Source: a virus
Lineage: Duplodnaviria > Heunggongvirae > Uroviricota > Caudoviricetes
IMG/VR virus record: IMGVR_UViG_3300033075_001761
Reading direction: 5' to 3' (one strand)
Length of the DNA stretch: 64,000 nt
Under the pieces are notes generated by a model. It searched no databases. It had not been told where the DNA came from and was given only the letters and a program-made list of their open reading frames with translations. This document shows positions 46,361 through 54,632 of the stretch, piece after piece. A program made the position numbers and the translations under genes. Numbering within the stretch: position 1 is the stretch's first letter; the number at the start of each line of letters is the position of its first letter.

Positions 46361-46566
46361 AGGCAGGGCCATGCCTTTATTGTAAAAGTGTAGACAAGAT
46401 TGTTTTTGATACTTTTTATGAGCACTGTGTTCGTACGGGCGGATTAAAATATTTGGTTGTCATAAAGTGCAATCAGTGTGGCATGTGTGGCCCACATGCT
46501 AAAACAGAAGAACAAGCAATAAAAAGATGGAACTTGTTATCAGAGATGATTTCTAATAAAAAATAG
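46357..46566 (+). CDS. Lar-family restriction-alleviation (anti-restriction) zinc-ribbon protein
   Basis: PCLYCKS...[23 protein letters not shown] parallels Lar-family proteins (PCPFCG ... C..CG..GP....E.AI..WN). Confidence 0.5.
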   Translation: MKAGPCLYCKSVDKIVFDTFYEHCVRTGGLKYLVVIKCNQCGMCGPHAKTEEQAIKRWNLLSEMISNKK

Positions 46567-46609
46567 TTCGATAAAAATTCTAGGAATTAATTCAGAAAGA
46601 GACAGTTAT

Positions 46610-46900
46610 ATGAGAGTTTTTGCTTTAATGTGGAGTGATATGGAAGGCAGAAGCTCTCTTAAAGGGATTTATTCGAGCAGAAAAAATGTACTGATGGCCA
46701 TATCAAAATGGAGTGTTAGAGATGGATTTTATACTTTAGAGTATGTTGTTGATTACGGCCTTTATCCAAAGGATCTTACAAATTCAGAATCAGCCCTTAG
46801 GTCAATCGCTTCTAATCCTGATTTAAATCCAAGCTTTGATGTTGCAAGAAAGATCGCAAACAAGGCAATTAAAGATGATTGGAGTGAAACAGATGAATAA
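46610..46900 (+). CDS. hypothetical protein
   Basis: 96-aa ORF. Confidence 0.4.
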   Translation: MRVFALMWSDMEGRSSLKGIYSSRKNVLMAISKWSVRDGFYTLEYVVDYGLYPKDLTNSESALRSIASNPDLNPSFDVARKIANKAIKDDWSETDE

Positions 46901-47147
46901 TAGGTTTGAAAAAGTTTGGGAAAAATTAAAAACAAATAATTTATTGGCAAATACATGTTCATTATGTGGTTACGAATGCGCTTTTTTTAGGAAAGGCAGC
47001 TCTTTGTTTTATGATCCAGGTTGTGATTGCGTGAACAGCAGAAGAATTGAGCCGTGTTCGATTTCAAGGTTAGAAGATATATTGGAATGGAACAAAGGAA
47101 CAGATTTTTTAGATGGAAAATATTGGATTAACAAATGTACATTTTAA
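46893..47147 (+). CDS. Cys-rich hypothetical protein
   Basis: ATG at 46893. Track 46836. CSLCGYEC...CDC. Confidence 0.35.
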   Translation: MNNRFEKVWEKLKTNNLLANTCSLCGYECAFFRKGSSLFYDPGCDCVNSRRIEPCSISRLEDILEWNKGTDFLDGKYWINKCTF

Positions 47148-47212
47148 ACAATTATGCTTGAGTTTTCTTGGGCTTTTCGTATAAGCATGTCAAATTTGAT
47201 CATGGAGAAAAA

Positions 47213-47458
47213 ATGAAGTTTTTTAAAAAGCCGATTGAAGTTGAAGCATATCAGTGGACAGGAATTTATGACGAATCTGTTCCAGAGTGGCTTTCTGGAA
47301 AGATTAAAGATTATGGGAAAAGTGGGTTTAGGCTTGATTCTGTTATAGGCGGATTACTTGAATTAAAGAAAAATGATTGGATTATTAAGGGTGTTGTTGA
47401 CGAGCTTTATACATGCAGGTCGGACGTATTTGCACTCACATATGATAAAGTTCTATAA
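47213..47458 (+). CDS. hypothetical protein
   Basis: ATG at 47213 with a GGAG SD. Track 47168. Confidence 0.4.
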   Translation: MKFFKKPIEVEAYQWTGIYDESVPEWLSGKIKDYGKSGFRLDSVIGGLLELKKNDWIIKGVVDELYTCRSDVFALTYDKVL

Positions 47459-47486
47459 AAACACTAGTGAAATCAACTGCATTTCG

Positions 47487-47503
47487 TTTTTTTTTTTTTT
47501 TTT
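47487..47503. repeat. 17-nt poly(T) homopolymer tract preceded by a GAAAT...ATTTC hairpin
   Basis: Read directly. Intergenic, between gene 47213 and gene 47591. Confidence 0.7.
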
Positions 47504-47590
47504 GAATAACTAATAGTAATTTTCTTGACTGTTGTCGCAGTTTTTTGCATTAAGAGAATGCGAGTCAAAACAATAACTGTTGGAGGTTTT

Positions 47591-47923
47591 ATGTTAGGTG
47601 AAGAAAAAAGATTTGGGCCAAAGTTTGGTAAGCGTACAAAAGCTCAGATCGCAAAGGTATTAGAAGAGACAAAAGATTTGACAGGACAATCTCTTCGTGA
47701 TTACGCAGCAAAAAACAGTATAAATGCAGCTACAATTTATAGATGGAAACAATTAAAAAGAGCTGACGGAAGAGATCGTATAAGTAAAAAGACATCAAGA
47801 AGTTCTGTTGTTAAAGCGGATTCTGGAATGAAAATGTCGAAATCTCATGTAGATGGAATTATTTCCGATTTAAGGAAAAAGATTTCTGTGCTAGAAGAAA
47901 TAGCAAAGTTTTACAAAGAGTAG
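47591..47923 (+). CDS. IS3-family OrfA-like HTH protein (HTH_Tnp_1-type) with a C-terminal leucine zipper, stand-alone
   Basis: SD GGAGGttttATG. HTH ...NSINAATIYRWKQLKR. C-terminal ISDLRKKISVLEEIAKFYKE is like the IS3 OrfA zipper. No OrfB follows. Confidence 0.45.
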   Translation: MLGEEKRFGPKFGKRTKAQIAKVLEETKDLTGQSLRDYAAKNSINAATIYRWKQLKRADGRDRISKKTSRSSVVKADSGMKMSKSHVDGIISDLRKKISVLEEIAKFYKE

Positions 47924-47932
47924 GAGTTTTGA

Positions 47933-48664
47933 ATGAAGGCATTGTTAGCGTTTGTTTTGTTGGGGTGTAACGGGTTTAAAAAAGAGAAGCCCGATCCGGC
48001 TCCGGTTCCGGCTCCCAAGCCCACAGAAACACAAATGCCAAGTCCTGTTCCTACAAAGACCGCCAATCCGATAAAAGAGACAATCAAGCAGCCAGTAAAA
48101 AACAAATGCGAAACAAAGGTTGAGAAAATCAACCTGATCAACAGGAATGGGTTTTCTCTTCCCGCGACTGGATATATGGTTGAGGAGTCTCACTATCTAG
48201 TCAAAGGCGATTCTTTCCCTAAGTCGGCATCAGATGGAATAGAATTGCACATACAAAAGAATTGCTCATTATTAAGGAAGTTCGCTCCAGGGCTCGATGC
48301 AAAATGTACTCCAGTTTATAAAAACTCATGGGAAAGAGTATGGACCCCGGCAGAAGGAGGAAGGGTTGGGCAGGGAGCAAGGGGTATGAATTTCCCATCC
48401 AGAGAAGAAGTGATTTGGCAGGCTAATATGTTTTTCGCAAAAGGCTTTCTTCCAAACCCAGGAGAGAAGTGGCTTGTGACGAATATAGCGACAAAGAAGT
48501 CATTTGTTGTGAATATGGGGTATGAAGTTGGGCCAAGGGATTCCAAGTGGATTGGAGGGCTGGTTCCTGAGGCTTCTTATATGGTTGGAGGAGCTGGAGT
48601 CGAGGTGTCTCTGGGAAGGATTTTGGATCAGAACGTTTCGTATGGACCGATCAATTGCCAATAA
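47933..48664 (+). CDS. lipoprotein with a Pro-rich linker and a C-terminal beta-rich domain (possibly DPBB/RlpA-like)
   Basis: MKALLAFVLLGCNG lipobox, PDPAPVPAPKPTETQMPSPVP linker. The C-terminal domain assignment is speculative. Confidence 0.45.
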   Translation: MKALLAFVLLGCNGFKKEKPDPAPVPAPKPTETQMPSPVPTKTANPIKETIKQPVKNKCETKVEKINLINRNGFSLPATGYMVEESHYLVKGDSFPKSASDGIELHIQKNCSLLRKFAPGLDAKCTPVYKNSWERVWTPAEGGRVGQGARGMNFPSREEVIWQANMFFAKGFLPNPGEKWLVTNIATKKSFVVNMGYEVGPRDSKWIGGLVPEASYMVGGAGVEVSLGRILDQNVSYGPINCQ

Positions 48665-48682
48665 AGTTAAATTATTGACTCA

Positions 48683-49123
48683 TTGGCCAGTTTGTGTTCT
48701 TCTCGTCCAAAGAAATACAGACAATCTTTAAAGAGGCCAAAAGTGAGACAAAATAAAATTTCTTGTTTTGGTATCTTTGGACTAATCTCAATTAGCTTGA
48801 TAAATTTCATCTTTCACAAAGCGGTGTGTATGAAGCATTCGTTTTTGAGTCTCTTGATTTCAGAGCTGAGGCTAACTTTGCAGCAAGTTATTTTGAGAAC
48901 GATTGTTTTTGCATGTGTTTCTTATTTAATCGTATTTATAGAGATGCCGTATTTAAGGGCGTTTAAGTTCCCTCCTGAAATAGAAATGCCATTGCTCATT
49001 GCGTCTATGACTTTACTATTGTTTTTCGCATGGATCTTGTTTGTAAAAGACGTGTCAGAAGCGTTAGAAAAGATTGAAACAAGAATTGCTCAGGAGAAAT
49101 TAAAAGGTGGCCAAAAGAATTAG
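48683..49123 (+). CDS. multi-TM membrane protein
   Basis: 146 aa with 3-4 hydrophobic segments. Confidence 0.4.
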   Translation: MASLCSSRPKKYRQSLKRPKVRQNKISCFGIFGLISISLINFIFHKAVCMKHSFLSLLISELRLTLQQVILRTIVFACVSYLIVFIEMPYLRAFKFPPEIEMPLLIASMTLLLFFAWILFVKDVSEALEKIETRIAQEKLKGGQKN

Positions 49124-49586
49124 CTCATATCCAGGATGTTTTTTGTTTGAATATTCAGGCAATCAAGAGTTTGCTCCAATGTATCAAACATTTGATTCAT
49201 CAGGATTTGACCTTGTTTCGCAAAGTCATGTGACAATTCAGCCAGGAAAAGTAGAGATGATTCCTACTGGTATGTTTTTAAAATACGACCAGAACGCTCC
49301 TAATTTTATGGAGCATGGAATGATTCCTGGTTCAATTGATATTCAAATCAGGCCAAGGTCTGGACTAAGTAGTAAAGGAATACTTGGACTATTTGGAACT
49401 GTAGATTGTGATTTTGAGGGAGAGATAAAAGCTGGACTTTTAAATTCTACAGATGAGCCTTTCTCTGTAACTATTGGCATGAGAGTGGCTCAAGTCGTTG
49501 TGGGCATATGTTTAAAAATGCCAGGGATAAAGACCAAGGCGGTTATTCGTGGAGAAGGTGGATTTGGTAGCACTGGCCTAAAATAG
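49107..49586 (+). CDS. dut: dUTP diphosphatase (trimeric dUTPase)
   Basis: All five dUTPase motifs are present: SSGFDL, RPRSGLSSKG, GTVDCDFEGEI, MRVAQVV and RGEGGFGSTG. Confidence 0.65.
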   Translation: MAKRISSYPGCFLFEYSGNQEFAPMYQTFDSSGFDLVSQSHVTIQPGKVEMIPTGMFLKYDQNAPNFMEHGMIPGSIDIQIRPRSGLSSKGILGLFGTVDCDFEGEIKAGLLNSTDEPFSVTIGMRVAQVVVGICLKMPGIKTKAVIRGEGGFGSTGLK

Positions 49587-49671
49587 TAGCATTTACAAAT
49601 AAATGACTATGGCTATTTAAATTTTCTAATCAATTCATAAACTCTAGGAAACAACCCAGAGAGCAATTAGT

Positions 49672-49911
49672 TTGGAACTACATATAGGAAATGCCATAAT
49701 TTGCGACGATGGAGTTCGCGTTCTTAGAAAGAACAGAGAGCATCCAGAAGCTTTTCAGGCTTGGATTGTTTTGTATTTTGATGGTTCTATAAGTGTTCAT
49801 TTCTCAGAAAAGAAAGCATTTGAAGAGTCGGCGTGTGATTTAGATTCGTTTGTGCAAGAGATTGTTTGGGATAACCCAGAGTTTTTAAGTCCTGACGGCG
49901 CAATTAACTAG
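49672..49911 (+). CDS. hypothetical protein
   Basis: 79-aa ORF. Confidence 0.35.
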   Translation: MELHIGNAIICDDGVRVLRKNREHPEAFQAWIVLYFDGSISVHFSEKKAFEESACDLDSFVQEIVWDNPEFLSPDGAIN

Positions 49912-49912
49912 G

Positions 49913-50386
49913 TTAAAAAATAATCAAACTTGTTTCGTTATCTTTGTATGTTTTAATTACGTTTTTAATAAACCAGTCTTGATGGTCATAGGTTCCATGT
50001 ACATATCCGCTATGGCAAATGGTCGATAAGAAATCCCATTCATTTGAAATATTCTTGGCAAGATTTTTCCAATTAGAAAAAGGAAGTTTATCTAGATTTC
50101 TCCAAAACATAGTTATAAAAGATTCTGGAGAGTAAAAAGAGAAGTAATCAAAATGTTTTCCGTCAGGATTTACATAAGAATGCTTTCCAGAACCAGGAAC
50201 TATTTTCTCAAGATCTTCATTCCATCGTATGCATGAAAAATTAAGGGCGTCTTTTGCTAAGTGATGATTCCCAAACTCGCTTTGGAATGCCCATATAGAA
50301 AGTGTTACTTTTTTAAATTGAGGATATTCAATCCTGCTTTCTTTGTATGAAGACACAAGAGCGTCCCATTGCTTAGTTTTCGTCAT
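49913..50386 (-). CDS. hypothetical protein (minus strand)
   Basis: 157-aa ORF, divergent from gene 50494. Confidence 0.45.
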   Translation of the reverse strand: MTKTKQWDALVSSYKESRIEYPQFKKVTLSIWAFQSEFGNHHLAKDALNFSCIRWNEDLEKIVPGSGKHSYVNPDGKHFDYFSFYSPESFITMFWRNLDKLPFSNWKNLAKNISNEWDFLSTICHSGYVHGTYDHQDWFIKNVIKTYKDNETSLIIF

Positions 50387-50493
50387 AAGTAATCCATTTA
50401 ATTTATGGTTAGGATTGTGTTCATTTTCTACTTTTTACTTTAAAATTATAATTCAAATGCCAGAAATCAATTTTTCAAAAGGAGATTAGTATT

Positions 50494-50883
50494 ATGCACT
50501 ATGAAATCGTTGACAATTCTTCAATTAGAGGCGGAGCGGACATGAATATTTCCGATGTAGGAGATGTTTATTTAATCAGCGGAAGATTGTCTGCTGAAGT
50601 TGGAAAGCGTGTTTTTGGAAGATGGGTAGGCATTGGGTCTCAGTCGAAAGACTTTTCTATAAGAGTTCCAAAGCAAAAGATGTCTGAAGCTTTTGTTTCA
50701 GAAGCCCATTCGTTTACGTTTGACGGAATCGAATTCACAAGATCTGGAGGTTCTGAATTTAGGTTCTCTGCAAATGGAGCAAGTGGCTCGTTTCAGTATT
50801 CATTAGATGGAAATGATCCTGTCGATATTTCTTCTGTTGAGGTTTCAGCTCTTGGAATGAACGTAAGGCTTTCCAGAGTCTAA
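50494..50883 (+). CDS. hypothetical protein
   Basis: 129-aa ORF with an AAAGGAG SD. Confidence 0.45.
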   Translation: MHYEIVDNSSIRGGADMNISDVGDVYLISGRLSAEVGKRVFGRWVGIGSQSKDFSIRVPKQKMSEAFVSEAHSFTFDGIEFTRSGGSEFRFSANGASGSFQYSLDGNDPVDISSVEVSALGMNVRLSRV

Positions 50884-50893
50884 TTGATTAGAC
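50878..50893. repeat. 16-bp palindromic motif copy, GTCTAATTGATTAGAC (perfect)
   Basis: Overlaps the stop of gene 50494 (TAA 50881-50883), 16 nt before the aminotransferase start. Confidence 0.7.
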
Positions 50894-50908
50894 GTTTTTG
50901 GAGTAAAA

Positions 50909-52072
50909 ATGATCCAGTTATTTCGTCCAGTGTATGAAGTTGAAGAATGCCTTGCAGAGATTAGAGAGGTTCTAGAGAGCGGGTGGGCTGGAACTGGTCC
51001 TAAATGTGCAAAGTTTGAAAAGCTTTGGGGAGAGTATATTGGAAATCCAAATACTCATTATGTAAGCTCGGCAACAGCAGCTCTTCACATTGCTATGAGA
51101 CTTTGCGATTTAAAGCCTGGTTCAAAAGTTGTTACAACTCCAATTACGTTTTGCTCATCAAACTCAATTATTCTTTATGAAAATCATATTCCTGTTTTTG
51201 CAGACATAGATCCTAAAACGCTCTGCTTGTCAGTAGATTCTGTGATTGAGTCTGTTGTGTCTAACGATGCCGACGCCGTTGTTTGGGTTCATTACTCTGG
51301 ATACGCAACTCCACAGTTTGAAGAGTTTATGATTTGGAGAAATGAAGTTCGTCCAAATTTAAAAGTTATTGAAGATTGCGCTCATGCGGCAGGAGCTTGG
51401 TACAGAGAAGTTCTGTCGGGAAATAAAACACAAAGAGAGATGGTAGGATCAAGAACAGATACATTTTCTTGCCATTCATTTCAGGCAGTAAAAAATCTTA
51501 ATACAGCGGATTCTGGGTCTATTCAGGTACCAGAAGAGTATTTAGAAAGAGTAAAGAAACTTGCATGGCTAGGCATTGATAAATCAACATATACGAGAAC
51601 GGGCTCAAAGATGGGCAATGAGCTGTATAAGTGGAAGTATAATATTGAAGAGTTGGGCTGGAAGTATAATGGAAACGATGTGATGGCCGCTATTGCTTTG
51701 GTGCAACTAAAGAAACTAGATAGCTATAATGAAAAGCGTTCAGAAAATTACAACACGTATGTACATGAGTTTGAAAAGTTCGGAATGGAAATGATTTATC
51801 AAGGAGATAATTCAAGCCATCATTTATGTGTAACTTTAGTAGAAAAAAGAGAAGAGGCTATGCAAGCCTTAAAGGAGCATGGATTTGCTCCAGGGGTTCA
51901 TTATCTGCCGAACTATGAATTCCCAGTCTTTGAAAAGTTTTACAAAAAAGGCTCATGCCCAGTGGCAGAAAGTTTGTCAGGAATGATTCTTACGCTTCCA
52001 AATCATTTGCAGGTTGAGCAAAAGCACATCGAACAAATTTCAAAAATCATTTTTGAATCCCAAAAGGAGTAA
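50909..52072 (+). CDS. DegT/DnrJ/EryC1/StrS-family PLP-dependent sugar aminotransferase
   Basis: Family N-terminus (LFRP...E.....L.SGW..GP), EDCAHAAGA, and the active-site SCHSFQAVKNLNTADSG (SFHxxK). Confidence 0.65.
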   Translation: MIQLFRPVYEVEECLAEIREVLESGWAGTGPKCAKFEKLWGEYIGNPNTHYVSSATAALHIAMRLCDLKPGSKVVTTPITFCSSNSIILYENHIPVFADIDPKTLCLSVDSVIESVVSNDADAVVWVHYSGYATPQFEEFMIWRNEVRPNLKVIEDCAHAAGAWYREVLSGNKTQREMVGSRTDTFSCHSFQAVKNLNTADSGSIQVPEEYLERVKKLAWLGIDKSTYTRTGSKMGNELYKWKYNIEELGWKYNGNDVMAAIALVQLKKLDSYNEKRSENYNTYVHEFEKFGMEMIYQGDNSSHHLCVTLVEKREEAMQALKEHGFAPGVHYLPNYEFPVFEKFYKKGSCPVAESLSGMILTLPNHLQVEQKHIEQISKIIFESQKE

Positions 52073-52074
52073 GT

Positions 52075-53463
52075 ATGGAAATGGTAATTATTATAGCAGT
52101 AGTGGCCGCAGTCATGGTGATTAGTTTTTTTTTGATGAAAGGAACAACGGAGTCTTCTAAGGAAGAGACCGGCAAAGAGCCTAGCCCAATAAAAGAACCA
52201 ATAAAGCCTCCAGAAGAGAAAAGGCCGCCTCCTCCAGATGAGGTGTTGGAAAAAAAATCGGACTCAGTGGATTTAAGAAGGTTTTTGAGGCTTACAAAGT
52301 CGCAAACAGAAGGAAAACTGAATCTTTGCCTCCACGAAGGAGACAAGATCGTTGAGCAGGTACTTGTTGTTTCAGGCTCTCCTAGCAAGCAATATTTTAG
52401 ATTAGCAAGCGTAAGCAAAGCAGGATCTATGGAGCCATGCCCAGAGGGATATTATGGACTAGGCGTTGTGGAATGGGCTAATGGCCAAGGAAACTACAAT
52501 GCTTCATGGGGAGAAGGATTGGGCCCTGTTTGGGTATCTGTAAATCCACACATGGAAACAGAAAGATCGGCAATTGGAATTCATTTGGATGCAAACGGAT
52601 CGTACGCACCTGGTACTGCTGGTTGTTTAGGCATTCCTTCAGTTGAATCTTTGAAAAAGGTTGTTTCTTGGTTTGCTGATCCTGTCAAACGGCCAAAACT
52701 TTTGGTTGTGAATTATGGATTAGGAAGCGTTGAGTCTAAAGGGTTTGGTTATAAGTCGTTTGGGCAGGCTAAAATTGAGCCAGTAAAACCAGAGCCAAAG
52801 CCCGATCCAAAGCCAGAAATAAAACCATCATCTAAAACGTTGGCAAACCTGTCTGTAGGAATTGATGTCGGCCATGGGTACTATGGAGAGGATGACGCCC
52901 AATCTGAGCCTGGAGCTGTTGGAAATGGCTCAAAAGAGGTTGTCTTGAATGAAGAGTGCGCCTTGGAAATAAAGAAGGTTCTTGAAGCCAAAGGAGCCAC
53001 TGTACAGGTGTATGCATACAAAGGATCGGCTCCACACCTTACACTAGGAAAAAAAGGAAACAGGGCGGCATTGGGCTCTAAGGCCGGGGGAACGGGAGAA
53101 CCTGTAGATATTATGATTAGCTGCCACCACAACGCATTTAACGGAAGCGCAAACTATTCTTGTGTTGTTTTGGACAATACAAGAAGCTCTAGCGAAGATG
53201 CAGAATTGGCAGGATTTATAGCATCTTCTATGAATAAGATTTTAGGCTTTGGATTGTCCTCAGGAGGAGGAATTGTCAGAAGATCTTTGGGTGTGTTTAA
53301 TGGAAGGCAAACATGGCCAGCGAAGGCCGCATGTCTAACAGAGCCTTTTTTTATTGATGCCAAAATGTTTTCAGGGAAAGATATGAACGCCTTGGCAAGA
53401 AAAGGCGGGCAAGCTATTGCAGAAGGAATTGAGAAGTACGCAAAAGAAAATCAATTGGTTTAA
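52075..53463 (+). CDS. membrane-anchored cell-wall enzyme: N-terminal TM, YkuD-type L,D-transpeptidase domain and C-terminal Amidase_3 (MurNAc-L-Ala amidase) domain. Candidate SAR-type endolysin
   Basis: TM MVIIIAVVAAVMVISFFL. YkuD motif IGIHLDANGSYAPGTAGCLGI. Amidase_3 region IDVGHGYYGEDDAQSEPGAVGNGSKEVVLNEECALEIKKVLEAKGATV...ISCHHNAF. Confidence 0.55.
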   Translation: MEMVIIIAVVAAVMVISFFLMKGTTESSKEETGKEPSPIKEPIKPPEEKRPPPPDEVLEKKSDSVDLRRFLRLTKSQTEGKLNLCLHEGDKIVEQVLVVSGSPSKQYFRLASVSKAGSMEPCPEGYYGLGVVEWANGQGNYNASWGEGLGPVWVSVNPHMETERSAIGIHLDANGSYAPGTAGCLGIPSVESLKKVVSWFADPVKRPKLLVVNYGLGSVESKGFGYKSFGQAKIEPVKPEPKPDPKPEIKPSSKTLANLSVGIDVGHGYYGEDDAQSEPGAVGNGSKEVVLNEECALEIKKVLEAKGATVQVYAYKGSAPHLTLGKKGNRAALGSKAGGTGEPVDIMISCHHNAFNGSANYSCVVLDNTRSSSEDAELAGFIASSMNKILGFGLSSGGGIVRRSLGVFNGRQTWPAKAACLTEPFFIDAKMFSGKDMNALARKGGQAIAEGIEKYAKENQLV

Positions 53464-54552
53464 TCAATGGAAATCAGAAGGATCTTTTAAAAGATAGATA
53501 TCAGAGATAGCTTTTAAAACTTTTCTGCCAGTTATACATGTTTCTTCTTTGACTGGTTTTACAACAATTCCTTCTCTGACTTTTTGCTTACCAATAAAGC
53601 TATCTCCATCTCTCATGCTCATAATCATTTTGTGATTGTATGGTCCTACGTACATTTCAGGTACTCTTTCAAATCCTCGCTTATCACACCATTCCTTAAA
53701 TTCTTTATGGCTAAGGTACTTTCCATTGATTTGTACATCATAAAGATAGAGGGCGTGTTCTCCTATAGGAAGGCCGTACGAGTATCCTTTTTGAATTCCG
53801 GGCCCTACAACCTCTCCATAAATGGCTTCTCCATAGGTTAAGCGTTCTTTAATTAGATATTTATCACAAATCTTTTTGTACAGATTTTCACCTTCTGAAT
53901 GTTGAAGTTGTACATTTCTTGAGCCGTAAACAAATTCATATTCTTTCCAAAGACCAATAATTTTAAGAAAAAAACGGATTACTTTGGGCCAAAAAGTTGA
54001 AACATCTTTTTTAGACCAACCTGCTCGATAGGAAGTTCCGTGTAATTTTTCGCTTACGTAGACCTGTTGGTTTTCTTGGAATAAGTTTACGTAGTTTTTT
54101 ATATTTTCAATGTCTGTATATTTCTTGAAGTTTGAATTGTCTAATCGCTTAGACTTTTTAACGCTTGTTATTGCGCTTTGATAGTCAGGAAGAGGTGGTT
54201 CGTACTTTGTTATTTTAAGTTCTTTTGTAAGATCTGTTCCTTCTGGTCTTTCTTTAATTCCAAGCACATCAAATCCTGCAAGCATTCCTTGAGAGATGGC
54301 ACCTCGGATTTTGATAGATTTGACCCTTCCTTTTTGAAGAGTGATTTTGCTTCCTTCTGGGAACAGTTTATTCTCAATAGATTCGGGAAGTACAGAATCA
54401 ATAGGAATGTAAACAGCCAGGTCGCCTTCTTTGTATATGTATTTTCTAGAGACTACGTTCCATCCATTGATTGTGATCAGATCCAAAGAATCTGCGTTTG
54501 GATGTTTTTCTACGGACTGAATCCTTACAACTTCTACTTTTAGCGTGCTCAC
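53464..54552 (-). CDS. ATP-dependent RNA ligase (Rnl2-like nucleotidyltransferase with an N-terminal tRNA-binding-type OB domain)
   Basis: Minus strand. N-terminal VEVVRIQSVEKHPNADSLDLITIN (Myf/EMAP-like OB). Motif I EKLHGTS (KxHG as in T4 Rnl2), motif IV REGIVVKP. Confidence 0.55.
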   Translation of the reverse strand: MSTLKVEVVRIQSVEKHPNADSLDLITINGWNVVSRKYIYKEGDLAVYIPIDSVLPESIENKLFPEGSKITLQKGRVKSIKIRGAISQGMLAGFDVLGIKERPEGTDLTKELKITKYEPPLPDYQSAITSVKKSKRLDNSNFKKYTDIENIKNYVNLFQENQQVYVSEKLHGTSYRAGWSKKDVSTFWPKVIRFFLKIIGLWKEYEFVYGSRNVQLQHSEGENLYKKICDKYLIKERLTYGEAIYGEVVGPGIQKGYSYGLPIGEHALYLYDVQINGKYLSHKEFKEWCDKRGFERVPEMYVGPYNHKMIMSMRDGDSFIGKQKVREGIVVKPVKEETCITGRKVLKAISDIYLLKDPSDFH

Positions 54553-54632
54553 GGTAGCCTCCTATAAATGAAGGCTTCTTTTCACATATTAGGAAATCCA
54601 TTGGCAAGTCCTAATATTAGTGGGTGGCAATA

